Made by a program: the position numbers and the translations under genes
Source: Utricularia gibba
Taxonomy: Eukaryota; Plantae; Magnoliophyta
Length of the DNA: 64,000 nucleotides
Direction of reading: 5' to 3'
Assembly: GCA_002189035.1 (NCBI GenBank)
Contig: CM007991.1
Location: 5,084,001 to 5,148,000 of the forward strand
Notes under the pieces: generated by a model
Database searches by the model: none
What the model saw: only the letters and a program-made list of their open reading frames with translations
What the model was told of the DNA's origin: nothing
In this document: in pieces, positions 39,198-51,169 of the stretch
How the letters are laid out: every line of letters begins with the position of its first letter
Numbering within the stretch: position 1 is the first letter of the stretch

Positions 39198-40535
39198 TGA
39201 TGACACACATTTTTCCTGAATTTTATAATACGAAATAGTTATATTTTATTGTGGTTTAGGTTAGATAAATGTGTTTTTTTTATGTTTATGTGTGTTTAAG
39301 TTAATTTTGTGTGTTTATGTTAAAAAGTGGACTAAATACTTTGATTTAAACCACCACCTTTGTTACTAATATTTGACTAAGTTAAGCAGAGAGATCAGCA
39401 GAGACAAAGAGCACTATTCTACCGCCATCAACAGTCTGCAAGTTCAGGGCGGGAACAGTGCTAGGGTCAGGAACAATGCAATAGAGTGAAGGAGAGGAGA
39501 TATTTAATTTCGAAAAGGAGAGAGAGCGGGAATAGCAATAACAGAGGCGGCAAGCATAGAACGCACACAAAGGGGGCTTCTCCTCCAATGCGAAAAAATA
39601 CCAACCAAAAGAGGAGAAGGAAGCCCTCATCGTCAAGAGCAGCACCAGAGCCCCGTCTAGCGCTACTGTTTTGGGCCGTGAACAGTAGAAATCGGGCGAT
39701 AGAACAATCTTTATTTCCTTTCCGTTTTCTGAACGTTTTGAGTTTTTGTATCTGACTTGCTTACAATGTTCTTGTTATTTTCGCCACATTATCTGAATGA
39801 AATCGTGTTTTATTTTCTAAGTATGAGTAGCTAAAGCCTTAAGGATGTCTTAAGGTGAAGTATGGTGATGTGTGCTTAGGGTTAATAATGAAATTTATGT
39901 TTGTTTTTTAGCTCTTGTTTCTATCAATCCATGGGTAGACCTAAGGAGAGGAATAAATAGCTTCACAACTTAGATGCTTGATTTAGAGGTAAACCAACAA
40001 ATCAAGGCGGGAGCAGTAGGTGTTAGTCCAGGGTAGAACCAGTAGAACCAGGTAGACCTAGTTCTATATGCTATGCATGCGGGTAGACCTAATTGCAATG
40101 TTGGTTATGACATTACGTAGTAGCTTAGCCAAAAATATGATGAATGACCTGGGTAGACTTAGGTTATTTGAAGTTGTGAGTGTAGGAAAATGTTAAATTA
40201 AATTAGGAACCTTAGCATAACACCACCTACAGATCCTTAAGGCATCTTCATGTTATTCTGAGTTAGAACCACTCCTTGTTACCTTTAGCGTTAAGACCTG
40301 ATATTGTTTACTGATCTTGTTTACCACTATTGGTCCGAGCTTAGACTAAGACTTACTGTTATTCCGAATGATGCATTTACTAAAACACTTAGCAAGCACA
40401 AGCTCTTCGTGATCGACCCCGACATCCATTATACAAATTTTCTAAATTTGTATTTTGTGTAGATTAGGGACTATAAATTTATTTGATAACGAAATTTCTA
40501 TTTTTGCAATGACATTAGGAAATTTTGGTTTATCA
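39198..40535 (+). mobile_element. Athila-like LTR, probably solo
   Basis: TGATGACACAC...AATTTTGGTTTATCA termini; flanks TCACT / CCATT (3/5, both differences transitions). Homologous to 30334-31438. Confidence 0.78.
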
Positions 40536-42914
40536 CCATTGCATATCATTCCCTTGACCTTAGGAGCCTTCAAAATTGTTGAGTTTCTCATTGTATCAAT
40601 TTTTTTAATTACTTTTCTAGTGATGTTGAGGGTTCTTGCCTTTGTCCTTCACCCTTGTGTCTTTGCAACCCTTACAACCTACTTCATTTCATCTTGATAA
40701 CAAGGTATCACTCCCTACCAAGACCATTTTCTTGGGCTTCATGACATTTGAAAAATGCATACCATTAGGATCGGTGAGTCAAGGGAACAATCAAAACTTA
40801 TTTTCACTCTCATCTCTCAAATGTGAGAGTTTGTGCTGTCCAAACTTGCAACCACTTGGGTTTCATGGTGGCTATATGGGCTCTAGTACTACTAGTTGAA
40901 GGCCACCAAGTGCAGCTTCTGCACAATCCCAAGCTTGGTCCAAATCTTTTGACTTTGAAGCTCTTTTGGTATTGCCAAATGAGGATGCTTCCCTAACTTG
41001 TTGCCTTTGAGGTGACATAGAGTTGCTATCTATTATACATTTTGTGAGTAGGAAACCTTGCTTGAAATTTACGAGCAAACACAAGTGGGCTGTAGGGGAT
41101 TGGGTAAGTCCAATGAGGATAAAGAGGACTCAATCCTAACTCTACCATCAAGCTTTACATGTGATTTGTCAACTAATTGACAAACCACACTAGTGGGCTC
41201 AAGTTTACCTAGCTTATATGCAAGGGAAAGATAAAGAGACATAGGCATAACATTAACCGATGCTCCTAAATCACACATGGCAATTGAAATTTTCGCATCA
41301 CCAATAGTCACAGGTATGGAAAACACACTAGGATCCGTAAACTTTCATGGAGTCCTTCTCTGAATAATTGATGAAATATTTTCAATCAAATAAAACACCT
41401 CTTCCACCTTTGCCTTCTTCTTGAGGTCACACAAGTCCTTCACCTTTTTTGCATACTTGGGCACTTGATCGATCATGTCCAACAAGGGGATGTTCACGTT
41501 GACCTTTGCATGTCTCTGACCTTCACCTCTTTAGGGTGGCGTCGCCACAATAGTGTTTTGAACTAGAGAACAATCTGGATTCTCGCAAATAATCTCCCCA
41601 TCCATATCTAAGACGTCTAATTCTTTTTCTTCAGACCTATCAACCTTATTCATGAACCCTAGGTAAGGGTCTGAAAGATCCTTCCCACTTCTAAAAGATA
41701 TTGCATTGATGTGCTATGGGTTCTTCACTGGCAGGGGTGACAATCCTCCTTGCATCTCCAGTCAGTTCATCGCTTGCATTAGCTAGGTGATTTGAGTTTG
41801 CATGCTAGTGATTCATCCATCCATGTCCTTTTGTTTGGCATGCATCTTGGTGGTACTCTTGACAAGGGATTTCACCATTGTGGTAAAGAACAAGAGGTTG
41901 ATGTAGAGCTCAAGTGATCTAAAAGGCTGAGGTGAAGTAGTGAGAGTTTTCTAAGGAACAACAGAAGGGTTCCCTAGTGATGGTGCTTGACTAGAAGGCA
42001 CTGGTTGTCTCCAGCAGAAACTAGGGTGATCTCTTCTTGGCATCTAGTAGTTTCAGTTGTTCTAGGTTCTGATAGAACACATTAACCTCTTGTGTTAGCA
42101 TCTGATAAACTGTGGGTCCTAGATCAGAATGATGACAGGTTGAAGATCCTTGATACCATCCTTGATGTTGGAGAAGTGATTGGAAGCCAAGCTTTAGAGT
42201 ATTACTCATGATAGCAAGTTGAGCTAAAATTTCAGAGTTATCCACTTCATACACTGATTTCACCGGCTAGGGAACTCCTCTAAGTGATCAATATGAGTGA
42301 TCGTATCAGCTCGAAGTTGAATAAGAATTAGCAATCATTTGTTCTCTCAATCTTCGTGCATCAGTGTTGTGGCAGTTTTCCAGTAATGTCCCATTATAAG
42401 CGGCATCCATTTGTCCTCTAATCATGGTGGTCAATCCTTCATAAAAATGCCGCAAAATAAGTCCATGTTGTGGATAAGTGTTACAGATCCAGTTGAATCT
42501 CTCATAATATTCCTGCGAATTTTCTCCTTCACTTTGTTGCTTGACAGTTAAAGCTCTTCTTTCAGTGGAGCCTCTTCCTAAGAGCACATATCTATCAAGA
42601 AACTTTTGAACCATTTGCTTCTAGGTTCCAAAAGAGGATGGTGGCAGTTCATACAGCCATTCCAAGGCTTGCTCAGTGAGACAGAAAGGGAAGACCTGCA
42701 GCTTGACTTGGTTCTCTATTGTAGTTTTTGGGCACATGCATGCACAAGCCGTGTGCAACACTGTAAGATGGTGATTTGGGTTATCATTCTCTCTTCCATC
42801 GAACTTAGGAAGTGTCAAAACATATATGGGCATATCTCAAGTCCTCTTTCGCATAAAAAATAATGCAAAGTGGTCGATTAGCATGATTGGCAGTAATTTC
42901 TTCTTTAATCGTCC

Positions 42915-44271
42915 TGTTGGTGTATGTGTTCTAGAGAATCAATTCATTGGCAAATCTTATCCTTTGATGTTTACCTTGAATTGTGATCAAGTTTACATCA
43001 TTGATAAAATCCTCTACTTGATCTATTGCTATAGAAATTATGATGAGATCATAATGTAAGATTCAAGTTAAAAACTCCCTGTGTAGAGTGTTTGTGAAAT
43101 GAGGATATCACAAATACGGATAAGCTAGCACACATTGAGTTCCCTAAACTATTTAGGCAATGGTTCTCACAATTGATGTAATGAGATTACTAGAACCTAT
43201 GTGTGGGTGTCGATTAAAGAATCGATTCACTGGATGACTCATCTTCGAGATGCTACTATGGGAAGCTAACCAAGTGTCAGTAGCAAGACCTCGAATATGA
43301 CAGCCGTGCAATTAAGCTTAGACTTGAAGTCAACAAAGTTATATTGATCTTAAGTTCACATTTTTGCTCATTACTAATGGGAACCTAACCATGGCTTGCC
43401 TAGTATGGATGAGTAGGGATGTGACTCCTTAAGGTTGCAGATAGTTGATTGATTAATAAAGGATTCATCACTCATGTTAGCGATGAGATCATATCTCAAG
43501 TAATTGCATCAAAGCCTAACAGTAAGTCCTAGGCTCAAGGTAATGACACTCGAATTGTTTGAGTAGGTCATTGAGTGTTAGTTCTTGAATGCAATTATAA
43601 GTTCGATACATCAGAAAGACACACACCCATGTTCTGGTATAGAATGAGATATAAGTATGATGAAAGCTGTTCATTACTATACATCACTCATGAACGATAA
43701 TGATGGATTTGCTTAATTAAGAGTTAATTAATAAATTTATTATTACGGACTTGATTGAAGAAGCCTATAGGGTCACACACAATAATGAAGTCACTCATCG
43801 ATATAAAATAGAATGACAATTAAATGAGATGTAATTGGTAAAGTGGATAAATTAAATAGAGAGCTATTTTGAGATTAATATTGATTAAACTCAAAATAAA
43901 ATATCTCATAGAGATATGATTTGATATGTCACAAAATATATATCAAAAAAGATTTAGATTTTAAGATCTGCTCTAAGGTCTTCGTGCTCTCTGAGACTGA
44001 TCCACAAGGAGGCATTTTTCTCTACTAGCACCTGAGAAATTCGACCAGCATTCAAGAGCCTTGAGAAGGTTATCGATGGAGTGCTCCACGTGTGGATACC
44101 ATAGAGGCCGTCTGCTATTGGCGGTTGGTGAACAACGGAGTCATCTGAAAGGTATTTTGAACATCCCTTCATCTGATGTATACCGTATTCCAAGATCTGT
44201 GTTTGGGGTTTCTCAAAATTTTTAAAATTCCGCTGCTTTTGAGACATACGATGTCTACGAGAAACCCAACA
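42915..44271 (+). mobile_element. Copia-type solo LTR inserted in gag
   Basis: TGTTGGTGTATG...GAGAAACCCAACA termini; flanks CGTCC / GGTCC (4/5 match). Colinear with 25847-27335. Confidence 0.93.
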
Positions 44272-44616
44272 GGTCCTTAGTGCTGAGCCATGATTAGTAA
44301 TCATTAGAACTGGAAAATATTGAGGATGTTGTTGCTCCTATTCCTCGTGAACCATGGGACTCCAATGGGTCGTTAAGCGGCCATTTCTTCGCCAGTAGAT
44401 GAATCTGATGCTTGTTCTCTCTTTTTCGCTAGAAATCTATTCTCAATCTCCAAATCGAAGGGACACAAGACTTCTCGAAATGATCTCAAGCTTCGGTAGC
44501 CCTTCGGTGGAGCTAAATGCATAAAAACTGAAAAATACAGCAGTAAAAGAGAAACAAAGAAAAAAAGAAGAAAGAAAAAGAAAACCTATAAGCACCACTA
44601 ACACAAACATACACAA

Positions 44617-44640
44617 CTCCCTAGCAAACGACTCAAAAAA
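44617..44640 (-). promoter_or_regulatory. Degenerate Athila primer-binding site
   Basis: TTTTTTGAGTCGTTTGCTAGGGAG lies immediately after the LTR CA end; compare the intact TTTTTGGCGCCGTTGCTGGGGAG at 46712-46734. Confidence 0.6.
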
Positions 44641-45359
44641 TTTGTTGTGTATCATTTTCTTAACAAATTTTAATTTACAAAAACATAAAACACAAATAAC
44701 CGCAGTACAAATGTCGATTTTAGAGAGTTGAGTATTGCCAAAAGTGTTTTGCACTAAACTTTTACAAATTATCACTGGTTTGTAAAAAGGGTTTCTCAAA
44801 TACAGAAATAAAAGATGCAACGCTAGTAATACATAGAGGTGGGTTTGGTTCGAACCGGAACCACGGTTTCGGTTTAGTTCGACATAATTGGAACCGTGGA
44901 ACCGACGGTTCTGATCCGTGTGTGAACCGTACTGTTCACGGTTTTAGAAATCGGATTTTAAAAAAAGGTAAAAAAAATTAAAAATAAATTAAAAACAATT
45001 AAAAACAATTTAAAAAAATTAGAAAATTAAAAAAATTAAAAAAATTAAAAAAAATAAAATAAAATAAAATAAATGTATATTATTTTTTACATTTTTCTCA
45101 TTCATACATACGAAGGAAATGGGTGCCTAAAAAATCTTCTCAAACACTGATGGGGTCTAAATCGATTTTCGCACTTAACAAACACCTCTTCCCAGACACA
45201 CTCACGCCAGATGTGGGTGCCTAGAAAATGGTCTCAGATACCCTCACGACACACTCTCTGAAATTACATACACTTATTTTTCATCTTGTTGATTTCTTTT
45301 GTTCACAAATAGCAATATACATCGATGGCTTTTGAGATGGAATATTCATTGTCTTCTTT

Positions 45360-45610
45360 GAACCACGCCCATGTGTATCCCACATTAACGCTACCTATGA
45401 AATAAGTAATTTGATAAGAGTCCAATACACGAACGCGGATTATACATCAACAATGCCCATATGTATCCTGTATTAACGTTATGTATGAAATAAGTAATTT
45501 GGTAGAAATCCAACACACGGACATAGGTTATGCATAAACCACGCATGTGTGTATCCCACATTAATGGCACCTACGAAATAAGTCATGTGGTACGAGTCCA
45601 ACACATTTGT
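45360..45610 (+). repeat. ~88-bp degenerate tandem repeat x3 in the hAT subterminal region
   Basis: TGTATCCCACATTAA...GAAATAAGT...TCCAA(T/C)ACAC is repeated three times. Confidence 0.8.
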
Positions 45611-45987
45611 GTATTCAACTCCTACAAAATTACTACTTTCATAGGTAGGGCTAATATAAAATAATTCAATACATAAATTTAAATACATAAATCAAAGTTT
45701 ATGTTGAACATTGTTTTTTGTTGTAAAACAAATAAGTAAAACAAAAATTAATATTTAAAAATTCCAATTTATATGATTATTCGAGAATGAAATATATGTT
45801 GTATATTATTCACATAAAAATAAATTATTAATTTTTTATGTAGACATATATTAAGCTCACTTGTTTATTGAACTATAACTCAATAGATTTATATGCTAAA
45901 ATAGAATAACAATAATTCACAAAATATTTTAGCATTTCATTATCTATATATTTTTCTCAATAACTAGTTATGCATTGCCAAGCTAAT

Positions 45988-47160
45988 TGTTAAGTGTCAT
46001 TTTCTTATTATTTCTTAAGTTGTTTTTCTGTTTAAATGTGATTAGAAGTGTCTAATTAGGAGTCTATAATGTGAGATTTGGGTTTTCATCTAGTTTAGGG
46101 TAATTATCCTAAATCTTGTATTTTATCTATTAATTTTACTAGTTTTAATTGAGTTTTTCTGTGGCCGTACCTCAAGATCAATGGACAGTTAGTGACCTCG
46201 TATCTGGACTCATTGGATCATTGGCAACACTTGGGCACATGCGCGCAATTCGGCCGTAAGGATATGCTGGCAGGACCTCTTATTCTCACGTTCGTCTAAG
46301 GAGGAGCAACATCGGGCTATTCCCGTGCCTTCTTGCAAGAGAGTGTAAGGGAGGTTAGGCAATTCCTTACTCCTACAACCAAGTACTCGAGAGGACCCGA
46401 GAAGAGTGAAGATACAACGAACATAGCTGGACAAGATTCCAAAGCCAGGAACACTTACTTTATTTAAGGTTCATCGCTTACGTTTATTTCAATTGTCTAT
46501 TCAAAACCCCTTATTCCCTTACTCAAGCTTCATCACCAACGTTTCTCACACATTTTACCTTCAAAACCGTTTACAAATCGTGACAGTTGTATTCGGGGTG
46601 CCTCACCTTTCACTCAAAAACAACTCCCTGTGTTCGACACCTGTACTACGCTTTTGTGTTTTACGAGTTTTAAAATTATTAAAATTTGTTGTGGAAACAA
46701 CACACATCAAATTTTTGGCGCCGTTGCTGGGGAGTTGGTTTTTTTTGTGTTTGGTGTTGTGTGTTGTGTGTGTGAGTTTTGTTTTATCTTCCTTTTTGTT
46801 TTCTTGTCTTTTTCCTTTTTCTTTCTATTTTTCTTCCCTTTCCTTGTTGTTTCTTTCCCTTGTTTCCGTTTCCGCTCTGTTTTTCTCTTTTTATGCAGCC
46901 AGGTCCACCAAGGGCTCGTCCAAGCCTGAGATCTTATAGAGAAGTTTTATATCCTTTGGACTAAGAGGTGGAACGAAACTTTCTTGCCAAAAGGAGAGAG
47001 CAGATGTCTTGTTCAACCACTGGGGACATCATGGCAGCACATGTACCCGTTGGAGTACCAATAGTGCCCGAGACCCAGGGAGAACAACCTCACGGAAACT
47101 TTCCAGTACTAGTTCCCACTAACTATGGACCAGCACTACGGACATATAAGAGTACACTTT
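45988..47160 (+). mobile_element. Athila 5' end: LTR (45988-46709, internally deleted), PBS, UTR and start of gag, truncated
   Basis: TGTTAAGTGTCATTTTCT...ACACATCA termini. The gag leader is homologous to 44520-44272 on the minus strand (GCACTACGGAC vs GCACTAAGGAC). Confidence 0.88.
46716..46733 (+). promoter_or_regulatory. Primer-binding site (tRNA-Asp type, typical of Athila)
   Basis: TGGCGCCGTTGCTGGGGA lies 6 nt after the LTR end. Confidence 0.9.
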
Positions 47161-47164
47161 CAAA

Positions 47165-48939
47165 AAAAATTTGTTTTTTGTATTCCCGAAAAAATTTCTT
47201 GCAAACATTGTGGTAAAGAATACACTTTGAAAAAGGGTTTGGGAACCGGTACATGTAAGAGGCATGTTAGGGAGAAGCATAATGATAAATTACCTCAGTT
47301 TGCTAAGGGGGTGACAATAGTGTGGGATTATCTAATTTTGTTTTTAATTATAAACTTTTTCAAGTAAGTGTGGTGCGTTATTTGATACTTAATGAACTTC
47401 CTTTTTCATTAGTTGAAAAACCTTCTTTTAATGATATGTTGAAACAAGCTCAACCAGGATACAACAATTTTTCTAGGAAAACTGCACATCATATGGCACT
47501 TGAGGATTTTAAAAATATACATGACTCTTTAATTTCTACTTTTAAATCTCTACATTGTAATTTTTGTTTGACTTGTGATGGTTGGTAGATAACTCTACAA
47601 TGAGTTATATTGTTATTACATGTTCGTGGGTAGATAATTCTTGGCGTATGCAAAAACGAATTTTAGCTTTTGAAGAATGGCCATCACCACATAATGGTTT
47701 TTCTATTACTAAAATCATTGAAAAGGTCACAGCATTTTATTGAATATCTGATAGGATTTTTTCTATTTCTTTGGATAATGCTTCTGCAAATACAAATGCT
47801 ATAGACATTTTGAAAAGTGGCATGAATCCTATGTTAAATAGCATTTTTTTCCACACTAGGTGCACTTGTCATATATTAAATTTGTGTGTTCAAAATGGTT
47901 TGAAAGAATGTAAAAATTTTTTAACTCCTATTCGTGATTTAATAAGTATGATTAGAACTACCCCTAATAGAAGAGATGATTTTAAAAGGATTTGTCAAGT
48001 AAGGAACATCTCTTATTGTAAATTTAAAAGTGATTGTCCAACTAGATGGAATTCTACATATGACATGTTACAATTTTTGATTCCTTATGAACATGTTCTT
48101 ATTGAATTTCGTGAATCTGTCACGGGTTACAATTTCTTGACTCATTCTATTTTTGAAAAAATAAGAGGTTTAGTAAATTTATTAGAAATATTTTATTCTT
48201 ATACTAAGATTTTGAGTGGTATTTACTACCCAACTTCTCAACTTGTGCTTTCATGTATTTGTAAAATAAGTTTTTGAAATATTTTGATGAAATCCCACAT
48301 TTGTTTCTTATTGCACCTATTTTGGATCCCCAGGTTAAGTCTAGAGGTATAAAAACATTACTTGAATGTATTTCAGAATCATTTAGTGCGGATGATGTTG
48401 CTTTTTCCATTAAAAATTGTGAAGAAATAGATGTTGATACCAATAATGTTCTACGTGCCATGTATTCCCTTTATGCGTCTAAATATAGTGATCCTAGTGT
48501 TCCTATTCCTAAAGCATGTAACAATTCGACATTTGGTAGTCGATATCCAATGGATATTATTCGTAGGAAGCATAGTTCATTTGTGTCCTCTTCATCATTT
48601 TCATTAAACTCTGTTGATCAAATTACACTTTACAATAATACTCCTATTGTTGAGGGTTTTGATGATGACAACTTTGATATATTGGGTTCGTGGAAGACAA
48701 ATTCTACTACTTACCCTATCTTGGCTAGAATGGCCAAAGATCTTCTAACACCTTCAGCATCTACAGTGGCATCCGAAAGTGCGTTTAGTGCAGGGGGACG
48801 AGTTCTTAATCACAAGCGCTCCAAATTGAACGTAGAGACTTTGGAGGCATGCATTTGTCTAGAGGATTGGCTGGAGGGTGTGAAAAGAAATCAAACCTTA
48901 TCCTCAAGTTCAAGTGAAGATGAGGTTGAAGACTCCTAA
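47165..48939 (+). pseudogene. hAT transposase (BED finger, RNase H-like DDE core, C-terminal dimerisation domain), disrupted
   Basis: CKHCGK...CKRHVREKH (BED), LTCDGW, SLDNAS, RCTCHILNL, PTRWNSTYDML, YPILARMAKDLLTPSASTVASESAFSAGGRVL. Stops or frameshifts near 47310, 47588, 47742 and 48275. The 5' end is missing. Confidence 0.95.
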
Positions 48940-49009
48940 TTTGGAAACATTTAGTACTCCATGAAATAATATAACTTTGTAAGAAAATGTTGTATTCATG
49001 TTTTTAATT

Positions 49010-49430
49010 AAAAGTGGGTGCCTGGAATTCGGTCGCAGACTCACAAGCATCCTCCCGAGACACCCACATGAGGGAAGGTGTCTAGAAAACTTTCTCAAAT
49101 ACTCCTTCCCACGCACCCATATAATAGAAGTGGGTGCATGTAAATCACTCTTCCCAGACACCTACACAATGCATTATTTTGTAGGTGCCGTCCAACTATC
49201 TTTCTTGAACACTCTCCCGAGGCACTCACATGAGGGAAGAGGGTGTCTGGAAAACTGTCTCAAATACTCCTTCCCAAGCACCCATATAACAGTTGTAGGT
49301 ACCTGGAAATGGACTTACCCACTGTTTCTAGACACCCGCACAAGTCCTTGTAGGTGCCTGGAAAAGGATATCCGACTCTTTTTCCAGACACCCACACGAG
49401 GCAATGTGGTTGCCTGGAAAATGATCTAAG
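49010..49430 (+). repeat. Degenerate ~45-bp repeat array with CACCC...GGGTG / GACACC...GGTGCC short stems
   Basis: Recurring TCCC(A/G)AGACACC, AAATACTCCTTCCCA and GGTGCCTGGAAA. Similar units occur at 45120-45260 and 21805-21840. Confidence 0.75.
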
Positions 49431-50126
49431 CAATAGACGAATATTCTTTATTTATTGAAATTAATTTGTAGTAATTAGGATTTATAAAATCATTTCATTT
49501 TCAGATTTTTATATTCCAATTAATGCACCAACAAATTTGTATATTTATGAAAATTAAGAATACTTTCAAAGATTGCACAATCCCCAAATTTCGGGTACGG
49601 GTGCCTAATTTTGGATTTCTTGTGCCAGTCGCCCACATTAGCGATTCTAGGTGCCTCAAAATTGGAGTATTAATTACACGATGGGTTCGCATCGATTCAA
49701 ACAAGCGGCACACACCTTGTCTGAAAACAACGGAAGCTATTATCGACAACCTACGAAAGTAGGGATATCATTGCGGGTAATCATTAGCTTATGATTTGGT
49801 GTATTAAACGAAATCCCCACGCACCCATACACAGCACTACACATCACCACCCCACTCCCCACTTTACCCACTCCCCACGTTGTCAATTAAGACAACCCTA
49901 ATCCCCACCCATCTGGTAAGAAAATTTTCTTACCTCTTTCCCCTCCCCCCAGCCAAAAGCGACCGGACGCTCCCACAGTCCCATCACCTACTTGGAATGT
50001 TCTTTAAATTAAAAAAGCTAAGTGATTTATTTTCCACCATGAGTTGTTGATCTATGTTCCAATTTGTAGTACCTTGTCGAATTATTATAGTTTGAATTTT
50101 TATACAATTCCTATGGGTGTTTGTAG

Positions 50127-50990
50127 ATGCACACTTCTGAAAAATTGAGAACTAGATTCTTGATACCAGATGTATATGAGATTTGGGACAAAGAACCGGA
50201 TGAGTTGATTGAGAATGAAATTCCAAACCGTGTGGTTCCAATGGAATTTGCCTTAAGCACGGAACATTTTCGTTGTGGTTTGCGCTTACCATTATTGCCC
50301 TTTTTAGAAGAAATATTAGAATGTTTGGATAATTTTGTTAGGTGTTGTTTGGATAATTTTGATGTAGCCTTATGGTCATCCCGTGGGGGTATGTATGCTG
50401 CATCTTTTTTTTTTTTTGTTGGAATTCATAATTGGTGCAAACACTTGCAAGTGATTTATTTTGTAGGGAGCAACTACAAGCAATCACTAAATGGGTCTTT
50501 CCACCTTCGTTATTCGACAAACTCATTTTCGTATGGGACCAAACCATGACGACGGACACCGGCGTACGTGTTCACAACAATCCTAGCAACACGGTTTACA
50601 TGAAGGAGTTGAGTCGTGTATGGGCTGTCAACAATAGATTGAACAAAAGATATGACCGTCACAATACCTTATTAATTGATTATTCACCTCACAAATCAAT
50701 GAAAAGTCCGGTAAGTCATTTTTTGCTAGTATACTCTTGCATACACTTGGTTATACATCAAAACTAACCCTTCAATTTTTAGGAAAATAATGCTGTTTTT
50801 CCAAGTCCCTATTCGCATACTAATAGGGATGATGAATCACTCAATGTTGATGGTGAGATGCGGGCTTTCCTTGAAGGGTTATGGTAAGCTAATGATGGTA
50901 CGAGTTATGTTAATGAGAATCGAATAGGCCAGCCTCCCATACATGAGGGACATGCCTTATGGGAGTATTGTGCATACCTACAGGATTGTT
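50127..50990 (+). pseudogene. Chimeric cargo gene: Transposase_28-like N-terminal fragment fused to the C-terminal part of a plant NIF/FCP1-like HAD phosphatase
   Basis: LRTRFLIP...EHFRCGLRLPLLPFLEEIL runs into NFVRCCLDNFDVALWSSR. Later segments bounded by GT-AG introns read LIFVWDQTMTTDTG...KELSRVW...NTLLIDYSPHKSMKSP and NNAVFPSPYS...DGEMRAFLEGLW*...NRIGQPPI. Family assignment is from recalled motifs. Confidence 0.78.
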
Positions 50991-51169
50991 CGAAGGAGCC
51001 TCTAATTTCAAAAGAGCCGTCCCATTTATTTTCAATTAGACTGACACTTACGAAATGTCACATTTTGATTATGCCATTGAATTTATTTTAAAATAAATGA
51101 ATAAATTAATGACACTACGTACGAAACAACTTATTTATACTGTATGGCGCTTATTTTGATTTTTTAAAT

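Larger units (their letters stand above)
41130..44833 (-). mobile_element. 5' portion of an Athila element (LTR right part, PBS, UTR, gag, protease), truncated after the protease
   Basis: LTR remnant 44833-44643 ends GATACACAACA. gag motifs LPKFDGRENDNPNHHL, VKLQVFPFCLTEQALEW and QQSEGENSQEYYERF; protease AMCDLGASVNVMP (~41260). Confidence 0.9.

Noticed and set aside
30334-40535. Same-family LTRs at 30334 and 39198 as the two ends of one element
   Set aside because: No PBS after the first LTR, no PPT before the second, no shared outer TSD, and the interior is an antisense copia.
49010-49430. Repeat array with short stems, superficially CRISPR-like
   Set aside because: Units are degenerate, there are no constant repeats with unique spacers and no cas genes, and the context is a plant transposon.
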